The notes below the pieces were generated by a model. The model saw nothing but the letters and a program-made list of their open reading frames with translations. It was not told the DNA's origin and did not search any database. A program made the translations under genes and the position numbers. 64,000 nucleotides of DNA from an uncultured Actinomycetota bacterium (GTDB taxonomy: Bacteria > Actinomycetota > Actinomycetes > Actinomycetales > Microbacteriaceae), in NCBI GenBank assembly GCA_963764435.1, contig CAVXSL010000012.1:73079-137078 (forward strand), given 5' to 3'. Below are positions 48,191 to 56,171 of this stretch, one piece after another; within the stretch, counting starts at the first letter, position 1; each line of letters begins with the position of its first letter.

Positions 48191-48264
48191 GGGGATATAG
48201 CTCAGGCGGTTAGAGCGCTTCGCTGATAACGAAGAGGTCCGAGGTTCAAGTCCTCGTATCCCCA
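48191..48264 (+). tRNA. tRNA-Ile (anticodon GAT), CCA not encoded
   Basis: Cloverleaf folded by hand. Acceptor GGGGATA/TATCCCC, anticodon loop CTGATAA, T-loop GGTTCAAGTCC. Confidence 0.93.
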
Positions 48265-48307
48265 CTCCGATAACTCCACATCCAGCGGATGCCGCGGCAT
48301 CCGCCCT

Positions 48308-48380
48308 GGGGCCTTAGCTCAGTTGGTAGAGCGCCTGCTTTGCAAGCAGGATGTCAGGAGTTCGAATCTCCTAGGCTCCA
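48308..48380 (+). tRNA. tRNA-Ala (anticodon TGC), CCA not encoded
   Basis: Acceptor GGGGCCT/AGGCTCC carries the G3:U70 alanine identity pair. Anticodon loop CTTTGCAAG. T-loop AGTTCGAATCT. Confidence 0.93.
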
Positions 48381-48505
48381 CGCAGTGTTATCGGCTCGCC
48401 GGTCCTCGCACGGCCCCCTCCGCTTCATCGGGCACGGTACGGACCGCGACCGCCGCTGAGGCAGGCACCGGGGTCGACGCGGGGGCGGTGCCGTACAGTG
48501 ACGTG

Positions 48506-48952
48506 ATGGACATCCGCATCGCTGCGTATGGCGTGATCATCCGGGACGGGCAGATCCTGCTCGCCCACTGGAATGAGCACGGGCGGTCCGGGTGGACGCT
48601 GCCGGGCGGCGGCATCCAGGGTTCGGAGCATCCGATCGAGGCCGCCAAGCGGGAGATCCTCGAGGAGACCGGATACGAGGCATCCGTCGACCGGCTGCTC
48701 GGGATCGACACGATGGTGGTGCCGGTGGAGCGGCGCCACTCGGGCAGCGTGCCCCTCTACGCGATGCGCATCGTCTACCGCGCGAGCGTGGTGGGCGGCG
48801 AACTGCGCAACGAGGTCGGCGGGTCGAGCGACGAGGCGCGGTGGTTCCCGCTGGCCGAGGTACCGAGCCTCAAGCGGGTGAGCCTGCTCGACATCGCGCT
48901 GCGGTTGAACGACGCCGAGCCCGCAGACGGGATCCCACCCGAAGCCCACTGA
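48506..48952 (+). CDS. NUDIX hydrolase
   Basis: Nudix box GGGIQGSEHPIEAAKREILEETGY. ATG 48506 is used because the longer ORF start (48323) lies inside tRNA-Ala. Confidence 0.85.
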   Translation: MDIRIAAYGVIIRDGQILLAHWNEHGRSGWTLPGGGIQGSEHPIEAAKREILEETGYEASVDRLLGIDTMVVPVERRHSGSVPLYAMRIVYRASVVGGELRNEVGGSSDEARWFPLAEVPSLKRVSLLDIALRLNDAEPADGIPPEAH

Positions 48953-49144
48953 GCGCGAACAGAGCCGAGGCGGCGGATGCCGCGGCGCCGACCCGGAGGC
49001 CGCAACGGCGACGACGACAACACAGCGACCGATGCGGGCCGCTGCGCTCTCGACGCCGTCGTGTGCAACCGAGGCCCCCCGCGGATCGAATCCCCAAGTG
49101 ACCGGGGACGAGCCGCGGGGGCTCGGCGAGGATGGCACCCATGA

Positions 49145-49399
49145 TCAGGACAGCGGGACGCCGAGGATGACGAGACGGTACTGCTCGTCGCGGGCACGGG
49201 TTGCGGCCTCCGCGGTCCGACGACGCAGCTGAACGACGTCGTGGGTGCGGCGCTCGTTCTGCCGACGGCTCCACGCGAGCAGCGCGAGGCCGAGACGGCG
49301 CGCGAGCCGCTCGTGCAGTCGGCGTGCCTGGGCACGCAGTTGGGTGCTCTGGCCCTGTCGAGCCGAACCTGCGGTGAGAGATGTCGTATTCACGATCAT
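49145..49399 (-). CDS. Small Arg-rich hypothetical protein (about 84 aa; could start at GTG 49393)
   Basis: C-terminal part of ORF 49145..49753. GAAGGA lies immediately upstream. No recognisable family. Confidence 0.3.
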   Translation of the reverse strand: MIVNTTSLTAGSARQGQSTQLRAQARRLHERLARRLGLALLAWSRRQNERRTHDVVQLRRRTAEAATRARDEQYRLVILGVPLS

Positions 49400-49678
49400 T
49401 CCTTCTGTTGCGGTGGTGTGTTCCCGCTCGCCCGTTCGGCGATCAGGGATGGGGGATTCGTGGTGGTGCGGTGCGGGTGCCCTCGGACGGATCAGCATGA
49501 AGGCGCGCGCACGGGACGGCCTCGGGCGCGCTCGAGCGCCGGCGGAGGCCGGGTCGATCTCGCTGCCTGTAGGTCTCCGGCCGCTGCGGCATCCGGAGGT
49601 CGTCGTGATCATGACGATCAGCGTTGACGGATGCTGGCAGCTACCGCGGTCGCAGTCGAGTCGGACGAGGTCCTGTGG

Positions 49679-49748
49679 GCGCAGAGATGTTCGAAGCGCA
49701 GAGATGTTCGAACGAGCAGGGACGTTCAAACGCGCAGAGATGTTCAGC
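49679..49748. repeat. 17-19-bp tandem repeat x4 (GCGCAGAGATGTTCGAA)
   Basis: Copies at 49679..49695 and 49696..49712 are identical. 49713..49731 is degenerate. 49732..49748 is near-identical. Confidence 0.8.
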
Positions 49749-50050
49749 CGCAATGGTGCGCGGCGTCGCGGCGGGCTAGCAGGCCGGGTAGACGAGGAGG
49801 ACTCCCGTGTGCTGCTCAGTGAACGAGATCTTGTGCATCATGGGTATCAACTCCTCTCCGGTCCTGGTTGCCACGGCGGTCCTGATTGCCACGGCCAAGA
49901 CTCGACACTAGCTGGATTCTCACTCGGAGCGCAAGGCGATTTCCCAGGTTCGGTGGAACCGGATCCGAAATCAGTGCTGGCACTGAGCGACCGGGCCCAC
50001 TGAGCGGCCGGGCCATGCGACGAGACGCGATCGCTCGGCGTACGCACGAC

Positions 50051-50078
50051 GAAAACCCCACCCGGGATGCGGCGGGGT
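50051..50078 (-). terminator. Rho-independent terminator (minus strand)
   Basis: Minus-strand RNA ACCCCGCC-GCAUCCCG-GGUGGGGU-UUUC. The G.U pair makes it strand-specific. Lies 17 nt after the out-of-frame TGA at 50098..50096. Confidence 0.6.
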
Positions 50079-50095
50079 CTCGTTGTGACCGGTGT

Positions 50096-50703
50096 TCAGA
50101 CGGCCGGCGGAATGGTCGACGTAGCCGACGGCGTGGTCGCGCCCGTGGTGCCGGTGGTGCCCGTGGTGCGGTGGCGCCCGACGTGCCGGTGGTGCCCGAC
50201 GTGCTCGGCAGGGGCTCCTCGTCGGCGACCCACAGCTCGTCGTCGGCGCGGAACGTCTGCCACACCGCGTACGCGATGCCGGCGGCGGCGATGACACCGG
50301 CGCCGATCGCGACGTATGTTCCGAAGCCCGGACCCTTCTTCTGCTTCGCGACCGCGACTGCTCGTGGCGAGACGCGCTGCATCGCGCGGCGCACCCGGGT
50401 GTCGTTGGCGAGGTCACCGATCGCGAGCAGTGAGCCGAGGGCGGTGCCGAGGGTGCGCTCCGCGCTATCGCCGGCGGACCGCGCGTAGCCCTTCGCCTGC
50501 TCCATGCCGGGACGGACGTAGCTGTCGTAGCCTGTGCGTACGCGCGGAACGACCTCCTCACGAGTGAGGTGGCCGAGCTGGCGACTCGCCTCCCGTGCCA
50601 CGAGGTTGGCGCGCTCGAGCACCTCCTGCTGGTTCCCCCAGAGTTCTTCCGCTCTACTGCGCAGTCGCTTGAGTTCCTTCCGGCGCTTGCGTGACAGGCT
50701 CAT
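50096..50703 (-). pseudogene. Conserved-looking membrane protein (coiled N-terminus, one TM, Thr/Gly-rich tail) with a C-terminal frameshift as sequenced
   Basis: GGAGG lies 5 nt before ATG 50703. TM segment FGTYVAIGAGVIAAAGIAYAVW. The tail STSGTTGTSGAT then changes frame. The other frame gives TTGTTGTTGATTPSATSTIPPAV* ending just before the terminator. As sequenced, the ORF reads on to 49816. Confidence 0.55.
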
Positions 50704-50816
50704 CTCGACCTCCATCGTTGTGCAGCGAACTCCTCCATCTTGCCACCGAAACGGCTGGAAACGAGGTGGGAGTCGGAATCATTCATGCCGGTTGACGAAT
50801 TCGCCCGTGACAGAAT

Positions 50817-51362
50817 ATGGACATGCCCATCCCAACCGCTGTCGCGACCCTCAACACCAACTACGGCCCGATCAAGATCGACCTCTACGGGCACCAAGCC
50901 CCGAAGACCGTCAGGAACTTCGTCGGCCTCGCGACCGGTGAGATCGAGTGGACGCACCCCGCGACCGGTGAGAAGTCCAACGAGCCGCTCTACGACGGTG
51001 TGGTCTTCCACCGCATCATTCCGGGGTTCATGATCCAGGGCGGAGACCCCCTCGGCCAAGGTGTCGGCGGCCCCGGCTACCAGTTCGACGACGAGATCAA
51101 CCCCGAACTCGACTTCACCGAGCCATACGTGCTGGCCATGGCGAACGCCGGCATCCAAGGAGGCCGCGGCACCAACGGCTCCCAGTTCTTCATCACCGTC
51201 GGCCCGACCACGTGGTTGCAGGGAAAGCACACGATCTTCGGCAAGGTCACGGATGCTTCCAGCCAGGCCGTGGTCGACAAGCTCGCCACCCTTCCCACCG
51301 ACGGTCGCGACCGTCCTCTCGACGACGTCGTCATCGAGAGCGTCGAGATCGAACAGGTCTGA
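50817..51362 (+). CDS. ppiA: Peptidyl-prolyl cis-trans isomerase (cyclophilin type)
   Basis: FHRIIPGFMIQGGDP, MANAG...GTNGSQFFIT, HTIFGKV. Confidence 0.93.
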   Translation: MDMPIPTAVATLNTNYGPIKIDLYGHQAPKTVRNFVGLATGEIEWTHPATGEKSNEPLYDGVVFHRIIPGFMIQGGDPLGQGVGGPGYQFDDEINPELDFTEPYVLAMANAGIQGGRGTNGSQFFITVGPTTWLQGKHTIFGKVTDASSQAVVDKLATLPTDGRDRPLDDVVIESVEIEQV

Positions 51363-51369
51363 CCCGCTG

Positions 51370-52227
51370 GTGACCGACGCCCCCGCCGACCGCGCGAACT
51401 TCTGTTACCGGCATCCGGATCGGCAGAGCTACATCGTGTGCCAGCGATGCGGGCGCACGATCTGCCCCGAATGCCAGACGCAGGCGCCGGTGGGCGTGAT
51501 CTGCCCCGAGTGCATGCGCGAGCAGCGCGCCTCGGCGCCCCGCACGAAGCCCGCGGTGCTGGCGCGGGCGCGGTCGGCTGCCGGGCGCGGCGCTCCGGTC
51601 GTGACGTATACCCTGATCGGCATCACCCTCGCGGCCTTCGTGCTGCAGCTCATCCCGGGGCTGGCGGTCACCGAACGACTGCTGTATGCGGGCGTCTACT
51701 CGATCCCCGGCAACTTCGAGCCGTGGCGCATGCTCACCTCGGTGTTCGTGCACTCCACCGGCCTGATCTTCCACGTGGCGCTGAACATGTACACGCTGTG
51801 GATCTTCGGCCAGTTGCTCGAGGGACTCCTCGGTCGGTGGCGGTTCCTCGCGCTGTACCTGATCTCGGGCTTGGCGGGTTCGGTGGGCGTGCTGTGGCTC
51901 GGTGATCCGCGCACAGGCGTGGTCGGGGCATCCGGCGCCATCTTCGGTCTCATGGGCGCGTTCCTGGTGATCCAACGGAGGCTGGGCGGACAGACCACGC
52001 AGTTGTTCGTACTGCTCGGCATCAACCTCGTGATCGGGTTCGTACCGGGCCTCAACATCGCATGGCAGGCACACCTCGGCGGCCTCATCGGCGGGGCGCT
52101 CGTCGGGCTCATCTTCGTCGAGACACGCAAGCGGTCGCAGCAGGCGTTGCAGGTGTGGCTCCTGATCGCGCTGACCGCGGTGCTGATCGCGCTCAGCTTC
52201 CGGTATTTCTACTTGCCGATCGGCTGA
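51370..52227 (+). CDS. Rhomboid-family intramembrane serine protease with an N-terminal Cys-rich zinc-ribbon-like segment
   Basis: GTG 51370. CYRHP...CQRCGRTICPECQ...CPEC, catalytic GASGAIFGL and AHLGG. Confidence 0.85.
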   Translation: MTDAPADRANFCYRHPDRQSYIVCQRCGRTICPECQTQAPVGVICPECMREQRASAPRTKPAVLARARSAAGRGAPVVTYTLIGITLAAFVLQLIPGLAVTERLLYAGVYSIPGNFEPWRMLTSVFVHSTGLIFHVALNMYTLWIFGQLLEGLLGRWRFLALYLISGLAGSVGVLWLGDPRTGVVGASGAIFGLMGAFLVIQRRLGGQTTQLFVLLGINLVIGFVPGLNIAWQAHLGGLIGGALVGLIFVETRKRSQQALQVWLLIALTAVLIALSFRYFYLPIG

Positions 52228-52245
52228 ATCTCCCCAGCGCCTGAG

Positions 52246-52266
52246 TTATCCACAACGCCGTCCACA
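52246..52266. promoter_or_regulatory. DnaA boxes between the convergent rhomboid and crgA genes
   Basis: Perfect TTATCCACA at 52246..52254, and CCGTCCACA (7/9) at 52258..52266. Confidence 0.45.
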
Positions 52267-52395
52267 GTTGGGGAGAGTTACACATCTGTAATTGATGCCC
52301 AGTTCAGGGGACAAAAGCGGGCACTCCGCGGACGCCCCGGGACGGGCGAACGAGCAGATGCCGCGGCATCCGCTCGTGTTCGAGGTCGTACCGGC

Positions 52396-52635
52396 TCAGC
52401 GCCAGCGTGTGGTCATGAGGAAGCCGATGAAGGCGATGCCGAAGCCGATGAGGATGTTCCACGAGCCGAGGTCGGCGATGGGCAGCCGCCCCTGGCTCAC
52501 GTAGAAGACGATGATCCAGGCGAGTCCGAGGAGCATGAAGCCGAACATGACGGGCTTGAACCAGACCGCGTTCGGCGCCTCTTCGCCGCTCGCCGGTTCC
52601 ACGCGCGCGGGCTTCGATGATTTCGTACGTGCCAT
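52396..52635 (-). CDS. crgA: Cell division protein CrgA
   Basis: ATG 52635. MARTKSSKPARVE...NAVWFKPVMFGFMLLGLAWIIVFYVS...WNILIGFGIAFIGFLMTTRWR. Confidence 0.9.
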   Translation of the reverse strand: MARTKSSKPARVEPASGEEAPNAVWFKPVMFGFMLLGLAWIIVFYVSQGRLPIADLGSWNILIGFGIAFIGFLMTTRWR

Positions 52636-52662
52636 ACGGGAGATTCTATCCGAGCCGGATGG

Positions 52663-53502
52663 GTGCTCCCCCACGCGGTCATGTTCCACGCGAATAGAAT
52701 CGCTCATGTGTCCGACGAGCCAGACCACGACGATGCGCCACCGGCGCCTGCTGTTGGTCGGCGACGTCCGCGGATCAGCGTCGTCGGGATGTTCGGTGAG
52801 GTGCTTCTCACCGCGGGCGCGGTCATCCTGTTGTTCCTCGGGTGGCAATTGTGGTGGAACGACGCCGTCATGGCGGGGCAGCAGTCGAATGCGGCATCCG
52901 ACCTCAGCACGCAGTGGCTCGAAGAGGCCCGTGCCGAGCGTGGGAACGACCCCGTTCCATCGGCCGAGGATCATGGCGACCCGGTCGTCGGCCCCGACTC
53001 GTATCCCGAGGGCACCTCGTTCGCCGTGATGTACGTGCCGCGCTTCGGCGACGACTCGCAGCGGCGCATCGCCGAGGGCGTCGGGCTCGACGTGCTGAAC
53101 AGCACCGAGCTCGGCGTCGGGCATTATCCGGGCACGCAGATGCCGGGGCAGGTGGGCAACTTCGCGATCGCCGCCCACCGCAGCGCGTACGGCGGCGGCA
53201 TGCAGGAGATCGAGCAGTTGCAGCTCGGCGACGCGATCTACATCCAGACGCAGGACGCCTGGTACACCTTCCGGTTCCGCGACCTCGAGTATGTGACGCC
53301 CGAGACGATCGAGGTGCTTGCACCCGTGCCGAACCACCCCGGTGTGCAGCCGACGGATCGCATCATCACGCTGACGACCTGCAACCCGCTGTACTCGACG
53401 GCCGAGCGCATCATCGCCTACGGTGTGCTGGAGTCGTGGCAGCCGGCGACAGCCGGCGCGCCGGCGGAGGTCGCCGATGTCGTCGCAGACTGGGAGTCCT
53501 GA
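52663..53502 (+). CDS. Class E sortase
   Basis: NFAIAAHRSAYGG, catalytic TLTTCNP. The conserved neighbourhood next to crgA. Start is either GTG 52663 or GTG 52708. Confidence 0.85.
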   Translation: MLPHAVMFHANRIAHVSDEPDHDDAPPAPAVGRRRPRISVVGMFGEVLLTAGAVILLFLGWQLWWNDAVMAGQQSNAASDLSTQWLEEARAERGNDPVPSAEDHGDPVVGPDSYPEGTSFAVMYVPRFGDDSQRRIAEGVGLDVLNSTELGVGHYPGTQMPGQVGNFAIAAHRSAYGGGMQEIEQLQLGDAIYIQTQDAWYTFRFRDLEYVTPETIEVLAPVPNHPGVQPTDRIITLTTCNPLYSTAERIIAYGVLESWQPATAGAPAEVADVVADWES

Positions 53503-53503
53503 C

Positions 53504-53662
53504 ATGTACGCTGCCCTCTGGCGGGTGCTTCCCGGCCCGATCTGGCTGCGGATCATCCTGCTCGTGCTGCTCATCGCGGCCGTGATCCTCGTCCTCTTCA
53601 CCTCGGTGTTCCCGTGGGTGGACGGCATCGTGAATCCCATCGAAGTGACGGTGAACGAATGA
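53504..53662 (+). CDS. Small membrane protein (52 aa)
   Basis: ATG 53504 follows the sortase stop after 1 nt. Single TM segment IWLRIILLVLLIAAVILVLF. Its stop overlaps the next ATG (ATGA). Confidence 0.5.
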   Translation: MYAALWRVLPGPIWLRIILLVLLIAAVILVLFTSVFPWVDGIVNPIEVTVNE

Positions 53663-54297
53663 CCCGCGTCCTGGTGATCGACAACTACGACAGCTTCGTG
53701 TACACGCTGAACGGCTACCTGCAGGAGCTAGGTGCCGAGACGGAGGTGGTGCGCAACGACACGCTCCAGGTGGAGGAGGTGCCCGCGAGGCTCGTGGAGT
53801 ACGACGCGGTGCTCATCTCCCCCGGCCCCGGCAAGCCCGCGGACGCCGGGGTCTCGATCCCCGTTGTCGAGGCGACGCTCGCATCCGGGCAGCCGCTGCT
53901 CGGGGTGTGCCTCGGTCATCAGGCCATCGCCGAGGCGTTCGGCGCCACCGTCACGAACGCCGAAGAGCTCATGCACGGCAAGACATCGCGCATCATGCAC
54001 GACGACAGCGACTTCTACGAGGGGGTTCCACAGCCCTTCACCGCCACGCGGTACCACTCGCTCGCGGTGGTCGACGGCACGGTTCCGCCGGAGCTCATCG
54101 TGACGAGCCGTACGCAGGGCGGCGTGATCATGGGCCTGCGTCACGAGTCGGCACCGATCCACGGCGTGCAGTTCCACCCCGAATCCGTGCTCACCGAGGG
54201 TGGGTACCGCATGCTCGGTAATTGGCTCGCCCTCGCCGGTCTTCCCGAGGCGCGAGAGCGAGCCGTGCACCTGACCCCGCTGGTGAGATCGACCTGA
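53659..54297 (+). CDS. Glutamine amidotransferase of anthranilate/aminodeoxychorismate synthase (component II)
   Basis: VLVIDNYDSFVYTL, LLGVCLGHQAI, VQFHPES triad motifs. Position equivalent to mycobacterial trpG/pabA. Confidence 0.9.
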   Translation: MTRVLVIDNYDSFVYTLNGYLQELGAETEVVRNDTLQVEEVPARLVEYDAVLISPGPGKPADAGVSIPVVEATLASGQPLLGVCLGHQAIAEAFGATVTNAEELMHGKTSRIMHDDSDFYEGVPQPFTATRYHSLAVVDGTVPPELIVTSRTQGGVIMGLRHESAPIHGVQFHPESVLTEGGYRMLGNWLALAGLPEARERAVHLTPLVRST

Positions 54298-54339
54298 GGC
54301 GCGTTCCGCGGCCGGGATCGTCCCCACACGGTCCGCGTC

Positions 54340-54445
54340 CGTCGGGTCAGCTGCGCAGCAGGCGAGCGTCGGTCAGCCCGCGCAGTAGCGAGCGTCGGTC
54401 AGCGGCCCAGCAGGCGAGCGTCGGTCAGCCGGCGCAGTAGGTGAG
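54340..54445. repeat. 26-27-bp tandem repeat x4; the last copy is the pknB 3' end including its stop codon
   Basis: Copies at 54340..54366, 54367..54392, 54393..54418 and 54419..54445. Shared core CGTCGGTCAGC..GCGCAG.AGGCGAG. Confidence 0.8.
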
Positions 54446-56119
54446 CACGACCTTGGAGCCCTGCGGCACGTCGCCCGGCGCCAGGGACTGTTGTGTCACG
54501 GGCGACCCCGGCTTCGACTTGCACGAGGCATCCGGCTGCGGGACCGGCGTCAGCTGGAGGTTCTCAGCCGACACGTAGGAGGATGCCGCGGACAGCGTCT
54601 GGCCGGTGAGGTCGGTGAGCGTCACGAGACCGCTCGAGATGCGGAAGTCCACCGCCGAGCCCACGTCAGCCGATGTACCGGGTTCGGGGACGGTGCCGAG
54701 CACCGTGTTGGCGGGAACGGTCGGCGAATTCTCGCGCGTCTCGGCGCCGGGGGTGAGTCCCGCCGCCTGCACGTCGGCCTTCGCCTGGTCGAGGGTCTTG
54801 TTGCGAACGTCGGGGACGGTCACCGGTTCTCGACCCGTCGAGACATAGACGGTCACCGCGGTGTCGCTGTCGACGATCTCGCCGGTCGGGGGATCGGTGC
54901 GGATCACCTGATCGGCCGGCACGGTATCGCTCGTTTCGTCGACGCGGGTTGCGGGCAGGCCGAGCTCTTGGAGTCGTTGCACCGCCTCCTCGTACGTGAT
55001 GCCCGCGAGACTGGGGATCTCCCGGGCGTTCGAGGGGATATCGTCGGCGGGCTGCAGGCTGAATGCCCAGTACATGACGGCGACCACGATGACGACCACG
55101 GCGATGATTCCCGACCAGATCCAGATCGCGGGCGGGCGACGCTGCGTGCGGGCCATCGTCTCGTCCTCGGTGAGCTGGCGCAGCGCGAGCTCGGAGCTGG
55201 AGAGCGAGCCGGTGGGAGTGCCGAACAACAGGCTCGCCTCGTCGGGCTGGCGTCGCACGGGCACGTGGCCGGATGCGGCGGTGTCGACGTCCGCGCGGAA
55301 CTCCGCAGCCGTCTGGTACCTCTCCTCGCGGTTCTTCGTGAGAGCGTGGAGCACGACCGCGTCGAGCGCGGGCGTGACCCTCGGGTTGATCACGCTCGGC
55401 CTGACCGGACGCTCGCTGACGTGCTGGTAGGCGACGGCCACCGGCGTGTCGCCGCGGAACGGCGGGCGTCCGGTGAGCATCTCGAACAGCACCACACCGG
55501 TGGAGTAGAGGTCGGTTCGGGTGTCGACCGTTTCGCCCTTCGCCTGTTCGGGCGAGAAGTACGAGGCCGTGCCGAGGATCGCCGTGGTCTGTGCCACGGT
55601 CGTCGACGAGTCCGAGACGGCGCGGGCGATGCCGAAGTCCATCACCTTCACCTGACCGGCGGGGGTGATCATGATGTTGCCCGGCTTGATGTCGCGGTGC
55701 ACGACCCCCGCGCGGTGGGAGTACTCGAGCGCGGTGAGAACACCGTCGATGACGCGCGCAGCCGCGATCGGGTCGAGCGGGCCGTCGCGGATGATGTCCT
55801 TCAGAAGGCGCCCCTCGACATACTCCATGACGATGAAGGGCAACTGCACTTCGTGGCCTGCCGCATCGATGACCGTCTCCTCGCCGGCGTCGAACACGCG
55901 GACGATCGTCGGGTGCGCCATGCGTGCCGCGGACTGCGCCTCCTGCCGGAACCGCATGCGGAACGCGGGGTCGGTGGCGAGCTGCGGCTTCAGGAGCTTG
56001 ATCGCCACCTGGCGACCCAACCGCGTGTCCGCACCTACGTGCACGTCGGACATGCCGCCGCGACCGATGAGCGCGCCCACGCGATAGCGCCCGGCGAGCA
56101 CGCGTCCCTCATCGCTCAA
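54425..56119 (-). CDS. pknB: Ser/Thr protein kinase PknB with extracellular PASTA repeats
   Basis: Kinase motifs [23 protein letters not shown], and SPEQ in the activation segment. One TM, then three PASTA-like units. Confidence 0.93.
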   Translation of the reverse strand: MSDEGRVLAGRYRVGALIGRGGMSDVHVGADTRLGRQVAIKLLKPQLATDPAFRMRFRQEAQSAARMAHPTIVRVFDAGEETVIDAAGHEVQLPFIVMEYVEGRLLKDIIRDGPLDPIAAARVIDGVLTALEYSHRAGVVHRDIKPGNIMITPAGQVKVMDFGIARAVSDSSTTVAQTTAILGTASYFSPEQAKGETVDTRTDLYSTGVVLFEMLTGRPPFRGDTPVAVAYQHVSERPVRPSVINPRVTPALDAVVLHALTKNREERYQTAAEFRADVDTAASGHVPVRRQPDEASLLFGTPTGSLSSSELALRQLTEDETMARTQRRPPAIWIWSGIIAVVVIVVAVMYWAFSLQPADDIPSNAREIPSLAGITYEEAVQRLQELGLPATRVDETSDTVPADQVIRTDPPTGEIVDSDTAVTVYVSTGREPVTVPDVRNKTLDQAKADVQAAGLTPGAETRENSPTVPANTVLGTVPEPGTSADVGSAVDFRISSGLVTLTDLTGQTLSAASSYVSAENLQLTPVPQPDASCKSKPGSPVTQQSLAPGDVPQGSKVVLTYCAG

Positions 56120-56171
56120 CCTGCAGCTCCGTTCTCGTTCCGTTTCGTCGTCTCGTCAGCTCGCGCCGCGC

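Noticed and set aside
48323-48505. N-terminal extension of the NUDIX ORF
   Set aside because: The extension overlaps tRNA-Ala on the same strand. The Nudix fold begins after ATG 48506.
49400-49753. N-terminal NISA-repeat part of ORF 49145..49753
   Set aside because: The peptide repeat is just the translation of the 17-bp DNA tandem repeat. The region between is low-complexity with no coding signal.
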